Of a stretch of DNA of 64,000 nt, positions 59,444 to 64,000 are shown one piece after another. The notes below the pieces were generated by a model that was not told where the DNA came from, ran no database searches, and saw only the letters and a program-made list of their open reading frames with translations. The DNA is taken from positions 84,986-148,985 of the forward strand of contig CACODT010000001.1 of the NCBI GenBank assembly GCA_902626065.1, in the 5' to 3' direction. The DNA is from an uncultured Candidatus Actinomarina sp. (GTDB lineage: Bacteria; Actinomycetota; Acidimicrobiia; Actinomarinales; Actinomarinaceae). The translations under genes and the position numbers were made by a program. Numbering within the stretch: position 1 is the stretch's first letter; each line of letters begins with the position of its first letter.

Positions 59444-60661
59444 ATTCTTAATAATTGACTCAGCCGTATAGTTATTAATAAATTTATTTTTATCAAATTT
59501 TTCAATTTTATTAAACATTTCTTTAATTAATATTGAAAGATTTTCTACTTCAACACTTTTATTTATAGTTATTAAGTTATCAAATTCATCACTTACTTTA
59601 ATGACAGGATCGTTATCAATTTCTGTGAAATGGATGATCGGCTTTCCTGTTGCTAAATATTCAACAACTTTACTTGGAATTTGATTTGGATTTTTATTTC
59701 CAATAGAGAGTAAACAATGTGCTGAGTTTACCATTAATTTCTGTGCTTCTTCTCTTGATACTTGAGAATAAAAATTGTGTTTATCTACATTTAAGTCACA
59801 TGACTTTATTATTTTTTCAGAATCCTCGTTTACAAACCATGAAAATTCCATTTCATTATTTTTTTTGACTAGTTCTAAGAATGAATTTGGGGACCTCACA
59901 CCTTTTGTGAATATTCCAAAATAAGAAATTTTTATTGGTTTAGATGAATAATCGTAAGATAAAGCACTATTTAAGAGATCATTGTCAAAATTACTTATAG
60001 GATTTGCGACTATTAATTTATCACTTGGTATACCAAAAAAATGCTTATGATTATTTAATGCATCTTGGTGGGTAAATAAAATATTATCAGCAAGAGAGTA
60101 AAATTTTTTTTCATATCGTTTATTTAAACCTGAATAAAGAAATCGATTATTTTCTGGCGCATCAACCTTTAAAGAAAATGGATCACCAATATCCATTATC
60201 CAATGTTTTTTAACTTTTTTATTTATAAAGTAAGCCGCTATATGAGAAGAAAAAGGCAAACTAACAGAAATTATGATATCGTAATCCTTCGAAATTTTAT
60301 TTCTATTTTTATAAATTTGATAAAGCCAAAACATTGAATAATCAGGCCAAGCAAGATAATTGATAAAAAATCGATATATTTTTTTCAAAACTCCATAAAA
60401 TGTTTTTTTAATTGCATCTCCGGAAGCAACTTGTTTTGATTTTTCTCTTAGATTTGAAACTATATTTATATTATTTTTATTTCCAAAATATATTATTTCA
60501 ACATTATTTGTATCAAAATCTGGATACATCCCAGTTAAAATACTTACATTATGTCCGTTGTCTATAAGTTCGTCTACCAATAATTTCCATCGGGTTGTTC
60601 GGGGACTTACATGTGGTAAGTATTGATGCGTAACAATTAATATTTTTTTATACTTTTTCAT
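59429..60661 (-). CDS. GT-B fold glycosyltransferase-like protein
   Basis: N-terminal KILIVTHQYLPHVSPRTTRW and C-terminal PSKVVEYLATGKPIIH resemble group 1 glycosyltransferases. Confidence 0.55.
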   Translation of the reverse strand: MKKYKKILIVTHQYLPHVSPRTTRWKLLVDELIDNGHNVSILTGMYPDFDTNNVEIIYFGNKNNINIVSNLREKSKQVASGDAIKKTFYGVLKKIYRFFINYLAWPDYSMFWLYQIYKNRNKISKDYDIIISVSLPFSSHIAAYFINKKVKKHWIMDIGDPFSLKVDAPENNRFLYSGLNKRYEKKFYSLADNILFTHQDALNNHKHFFGIPSDKLIVANPISNFDNDLLNSALSYDYSSKPIKISYFGIFTKGVRSPNSFLELVKKNNEMEFSWFVNEDSEKIIKSCDLNVDKHNFYSQVSREEAQKLMVNSAHCLLSIGNKNPNQIPSKVVEYLATGKPIIHFTEIDNDPVIKVSDEFDNLITINKSVEVENLSILIKEMFNKIEKFDKNKFINNYTAESIIKNLEVI

Positions 60662-62036
60662 TTTTAAACTCTAAAAGCATTAAGCCTAATGAAATTGCGA
60701 ACATTGTACTTAATTCCTCAGCCTGAAAAAAATACATTAGCAAGATGACAACTAAATTTGAAAAAATGTAAAATGAATATTCATTTCCGTTGTTATAAAG
60801 TTTTTTCAAAACGTTAAATAAAAATATCAGAAACCATATTAACCCAATAATTCCACCTGAAAAATAAAGATTTATATACAAATTATTAAATGAAACAATC
60901 TGCCCTGGATTTCTATAAACAATTTCTTCATCTACATTTTTCTTTGTTAAATCATCAAAAGTTGGAGAGAAATTTAAATTAGCAATCCCCAATCCTTGTC
61001 CAAATATTTGAATATTTTCACTAGAAATATATTGATTTAGTATAGATATATTTTCAAAACCATCTAACCCTCCCCTTGTGATCAGGGTGAGTCTCTCGAA
61101 TACACTTTTTACTACACTCTCTGAATTTTTAGCTTCATCTAATTTATCGTCATATATTGAACAGTTACATTTATCAGGAGACTCTGGTGGACACATTGAA
61201 GGGTCTAATGCTGGAAATTTATAACCAAGACTATTACCTACAAAACTCGAAAACAATAAAAATATTATTGGAATAATAAATAGAAGGTCAAAATTTTTAT
61301 TTTTTAATGTCCATAAAACAGCTGCAAATAGGATTCCAAGAATTAAGCTAATTACTCCTGTTAAACTTCTCGATAAAATAATTGCAAGGATTGGTAATAT
61401 TGACAAGCCATACCAAATAGCTCGTTTTCGTGCCAGATAAAAGTTTAACGGAATGATAGGTGCTAACCAAACTGCCAAGAAACTTGGCTCTCTGAAAGTT
61501 CCATAATTCCTAAGTATCGAGCATGCCCTCTTTATTGGTTGAGACCAACCTCCCGAACCAGGTCTATTTCTTGAAAAATCTTGAAAATCAAATATGTATG
61601 AAAAGTATGATATTAGTGACAAAAGTGAAACTGTAATGCCAATGAAAGATATAAATTTTATAATCGTATCTCGTTCGAAGTAATTACTTAAAGTGTAAAC
61701 AAACCAAATAACAGCAATAAATCCAAGAAGCTTAAGTAGTCTAAGTGAAATGTATTGAGTGAATGAAGAAGTAGCAAACTCAGGTAGATCGGGGCTGTAA
61801 GATACAGCTCTAATTAAAGTGACAGAGGTAAAATATAAAAGTAACACTCTCAATGAATCAAATTGATTAAATTGGATTTCAAAACCAAAAAAATAATATA
61901 TTACGTAAATAAATATAAAAATAGAAACTCCTATCCAAGGCAAAGGTATTGAAAATAAACTAAAAGCATCGAGGCTTTCAAAGAAAATACCAATTAAAAA
62001 AAGATAGAAAAGTGGTGTAATTTTTTTTGTATTCAA
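60648..62036 (-). CDS. O-antigen ligase/polymerase (Wzy)-like polytopic membrane protein
   Basis: 462 aa with ~10-12 TM helices and one large external loop. Sits in a glycan-locus context. Family assignment is by topology and context. Confidence 0.5.
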   Translation of the reverse strand: MNTKKITPLFYLFLIGIFFESLDAFSLFSIPLPWIGVSIFIFIYVIYYFFGFEIQFNQFDSLRVLLLYFTSVTLIRAVSYSPDLPEFATSSFTQYISLRLLKLLGFIAVIWFVYTLSNYFERDTIIKFISFIGITVSLLSLISYFSYIFDFQDFSRNRPGSGGWSQPIKRACSILRNYGTFREPSFLAVWLAPIIPLNFYLARKRAIWYGLSILPILAIILSRSLTGVISLILGILFAAVLWTLKNKNFDLLFIIPIIFLLFSSFVGNSLGYKFPALDPSMCPPESPDKCNCSIYDDKLDEAKNSESVVKSVFERLTLITRGGLDGFENISILNQYISSENIQIFGQGLGIANLNFSPTFDDLTKKNVDEEIVYRNPGQIVSFNNLYINLYFSGGIIGLIWFLIFLFNVLKKLYNNGNEYSFYIFSNLVVILLMYFFQAEELSTMFAISLGLMLLEFKNEKV

Positions 62037-63667
62037 TTTATACGTTTGTATCCTTTCGAGAATTTAAATTTAAATCCCTCATTCAATTCTCCCCAGTTTT
62101 CATAGGGGTTTAAATCCGTATCATTAGAAAAATCACTTATTAGTATATTTCCATTTTCTATTACTATTTTTCTATAAATTTTATTTCCATTAAAAACTGC
62201 ACTACCTAAAAAATTATTTTTGTCTAAAAATAACAATTTACCATCTTCCATATAGTTAAGCTTAAAACAATCAAATTCTGATTCCTTTGGAAATTTTATA
62301 TCCGCATTTGGACCCCAATGGAATTTCATTGATCTAAATTCATTCCTTGTTTTTATATCGTCTGTATATGTTCCCGTACCTGGATCTCTTGCTATCCATT
62401 TGCCTTCAGTAAAACACTCAATTGAAAGTTGATCGTAATGAGCATGTCCACCAACACCATTTTGTCCTATTTGGCCACATCTGACACTAAAGTATTCTGA
62501 ACCATCATTATTGCGCCATATAAAAATACCAAAATCGGGAAATGTATAAAGATTGAAATCATTTTGAAATATTTTAATTAAAGGATGATCAACCTTTGAA
62601 AAATTAGTTAAATCTATAGGATCATTTTTTAGATTGGGCACTTCGATCGAATTTTTATTTTCAAAATTAAAGAAATGATCAATGAGATTTATTAACCAAT
62701 CCATTTTTAAAGGATCATCTTCATCATGATAAAAGTAGAAAAGTCTCCCTGAATCATTATCACCAATCTGAGAAAGTTCTCCATTAACCATTAGCAAATT
62801 TAGTAATCTTCTATTTGAAAATACTAACTTTTCAATTAATTCTATTAGTGATGAATCAGGTTCAATTTTATCTAAAGAAAGTTTTAAGATGATTAAAGCT
62901 TCAGTTACAAATGCAGAATAATGGGATGATCCTTCAAAATTAGTTCCATCTTTATAGAACTGTCTATTTAATTCTTTATTAAGTTCATTCAAATAATATG
63001 TAGTGTCATCTTCGTAACCATCAAATTTATAAGTTGCTAGTGTCAAAATTATTGAACATAATTCAATTAAATAATGATTTCCGACAACATTTCCATCATC
63101 TTCAAGATTTTTGGTTATATATTGATAATGTTGACTAATAAATGTATCAATTAAGTCTTTATTATTGCCAAGAATCTTTGAATCTAAATCATTGTTATCT
63201 AAAAAATTTCGATGAAAAATTAGATTTATATTTCTGATTGCTACATCCATTGGACTATTCCAGTAAATTAATGGAAATTTGTTTACATCAAAATTTTCGT
63301 GCAAATTTTTCTCTTTGTTCAAGATAGATAATAAATCTAATTTTTGTAAAATTTGTAGCCTAGAGGCTTCATAAGGAACTTTAACATCACCTTTGTTGAA
63401 ATAAGCAGGAATAAATTTATTGTGTGATTGGAAATCATATTCACTAAAAATATCTTTTGATGTTACTAAATCGTCAGTTTCCTTTCCAAAAATTTTTTTA
63501 GAATAATTGATATGGTCATTTGTATTTGATAATAGGTAGGAAGCCAACAACTGATGGTATTTCGGATTGGAGTACTCAAAAGATTTAAAATTTGTGGGAA
63601 CAACTATATTTTTTGCAAATAAGTTTCTTAGATTGAATCTTATTCTTTGTAAAAAGAGTTTAAACAT
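62033..63667 (-). CDS. Heparinase II/III-like family protein
   Basis: GVGGHAHYDQLSIE resembles the GHxHxD motif of the heparinase II/III C-terminal domain. 544 aa, no obvious signal peptide. Confidence 0.55.
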   Translation of the reverse strand: MFKLFLQRIRFNLRNLFAKNIVVPTNFKSFEYSNPKYHQLLASYLLSNTNDHINYSKKIFGKETDDLVTSKDIFSEYDFQSHNKFIPAYFNKGDVKVPYEASRLQILQKLDLLSILNKEKNLHENFDVNKFPLIYWNSPMDVAIRNINLIFHRNFLDNNDLDSKILGNNKDLIDTFISQHYQYITKNLEDDGNVVGNHYLIELCSIILTLATYKFDGYEDDTTYYLNELNKELNRQFYKDGTNFEGSSHYSAFVTEALIILKLSLDKIEPDSSLIELIEKLVFSNRRLLNLLMVNGELSQIGDNDSGRLFYFYHDEDDPLKMDWLINLIDHFFNFENKNSIEVPNLKNDPIDLTNFSKVDHPLIKIFQNDFNLYTFPDFGIFIWRNNDGSEYFSVRCGQIGQNGVGGHAHYDQLSIECFTEGKWIARDPGTGTYTDDIKTRNEFRSMKFHWGPNADIKFPKESEFDCFKLNYMEDGKLLFLDKNNFLGSAVFNGNKIYRKIVIENGNILISDFSNDTDLNPYENWGELNEGFKFKFSKGYKRIN

Positions 63668-64000
63668 AAGATTTCCTAAAACTATAAGAAGTGAACATTG
63701 AAATAATCATTTGTGATGAAATAATCGACAAAATTGCCGGATTGGAAATACTTAAATTATGAAGTGCAAAATAAACTATATAAGAAATTATTGATCCTGA
63801 AATAATAATTTTTGTTATGTTAACTTCAAAACCTAGAGCTCTTGAAAAAATAATATTGATTCTAGACCAAACCATTAAAGGTAATGAAAAAAGAATTAAA
63901 GAAGTTTGAAAAGAAACGTCTCTGAACTCTTCGCCAAGAAGTGATACAAGAATATTTCCTGCAGTATCTCTTAACAAGTAAAACGTAACTGGAATAATAA
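63660..64000 (-). CDS. Polysaccharide flippase (Wzx/MOP-like), C-terminal part only; gene continues beyond the window
   Basis: The open minus-strand frame to the window edge encodes consecutive TM helices. It overlaps the heparinase-like gene by 8 nt. Confidence 0.4.
   Translation of the reverse strand, partial: IIPVTFYLLRDTAGNILVSLLGEEFRDVSFQTSLILFSLPLMVWSRINIIFSRALGFEVNITKIIISGSIISYIVYFALHNLSISNPAILSIISSQMIISMFTSYSFRKSYV

Noticed and set aside
1-64000. A scan for tRNA/rRNA genes, CRISPR arrays, IS elements, integrases, prophage genes, toxin-antitoxin pairs and known defence-system hallmarks.
   Set aside because: None found. Coding density leaves no unexplained spacer longer than ~100 nt apart from those described. 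No direct-repeat arrays or transposase or integrase motifs were seen in any listed ORF.

Overview
AT-rich, very gene-dense bacterial chromosome segment; most neighbouring genes touch or overlap by 1-30 nt. Synteny and protein signatures are actinobacterial (SepF, DUF3040, an FtsZ core close to mycobacterial FtsZ, the Nif3/Zn-ribbon/RNase HI triad, an F420-type LLM enzyme). My inference is a streamlined low-GC actinobacterium, possibly a marine Acidimicrobiia or Actinomarinales-like lineage.

Content in order:
- dnaE (partial), an RluA-family pseudouridine synthase, lspA, a dksA-like gene and ileS.
- A complete division/cell-wall block on the minus strand: yggT-sepF-yggS-pgeF-ftsZ-ftsQ-murB-murC-murG-ftsW-murD-mraY-murE-ftsI-ftsL-rsmH-mraZ.
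- HNH, MerR and DUF3040 genes, then housekeeping metabolism (ltaE, ROK kinase, metallophosphoesterase, ilvD, queG).
- An ilvBNC-leuA-leuB operon preceded by a leader-peptide attenuator.
- A System I cytochrome c maturation operon (ccmABC-E-F-H-I-G) and RNase P RNA.
- An LLM oxidoreductase, a TauE-like permease, the RNase HI/Zn-ribbon/Nif3 triad, an MMPL transporter, a secreted M15 peptidase and ppc.
- The start of a cell-envelope glycan locus: wecB/wecC-like genes, two glycosyltransferases, a Wzy-like protein, a heparinase II/III-like protein and a flippase.

I found no tRNA, rRNA, CRISPR array, transposase, integrase or recognisable defence system, and no clear candidate for a new multi-gene system.

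The features most worth a second look:
- A polycationic, repeat-containing N-terminal extension on FtsZ, with an alternative internal start.
- A long GC-rich hairpin in the mraZ-rsmH spacer, a candidate mraW RNA motif.
- A canonical promoter overlapped by 10-bp-phased GTGT/GTGG repeats (MraZ operator-like) upstream of mraZ.
- An Ile/Leu/Val-rich leader peptide plus terminator upstream of ilvB.
- System I Ccm in an actinobacterial-type genome, without ccmD.
- A dcw cluster without murF.
- A ManNAcA-type glycan locus.

All coordinates I derived myself by hand counting may be off by 1-2 nt.
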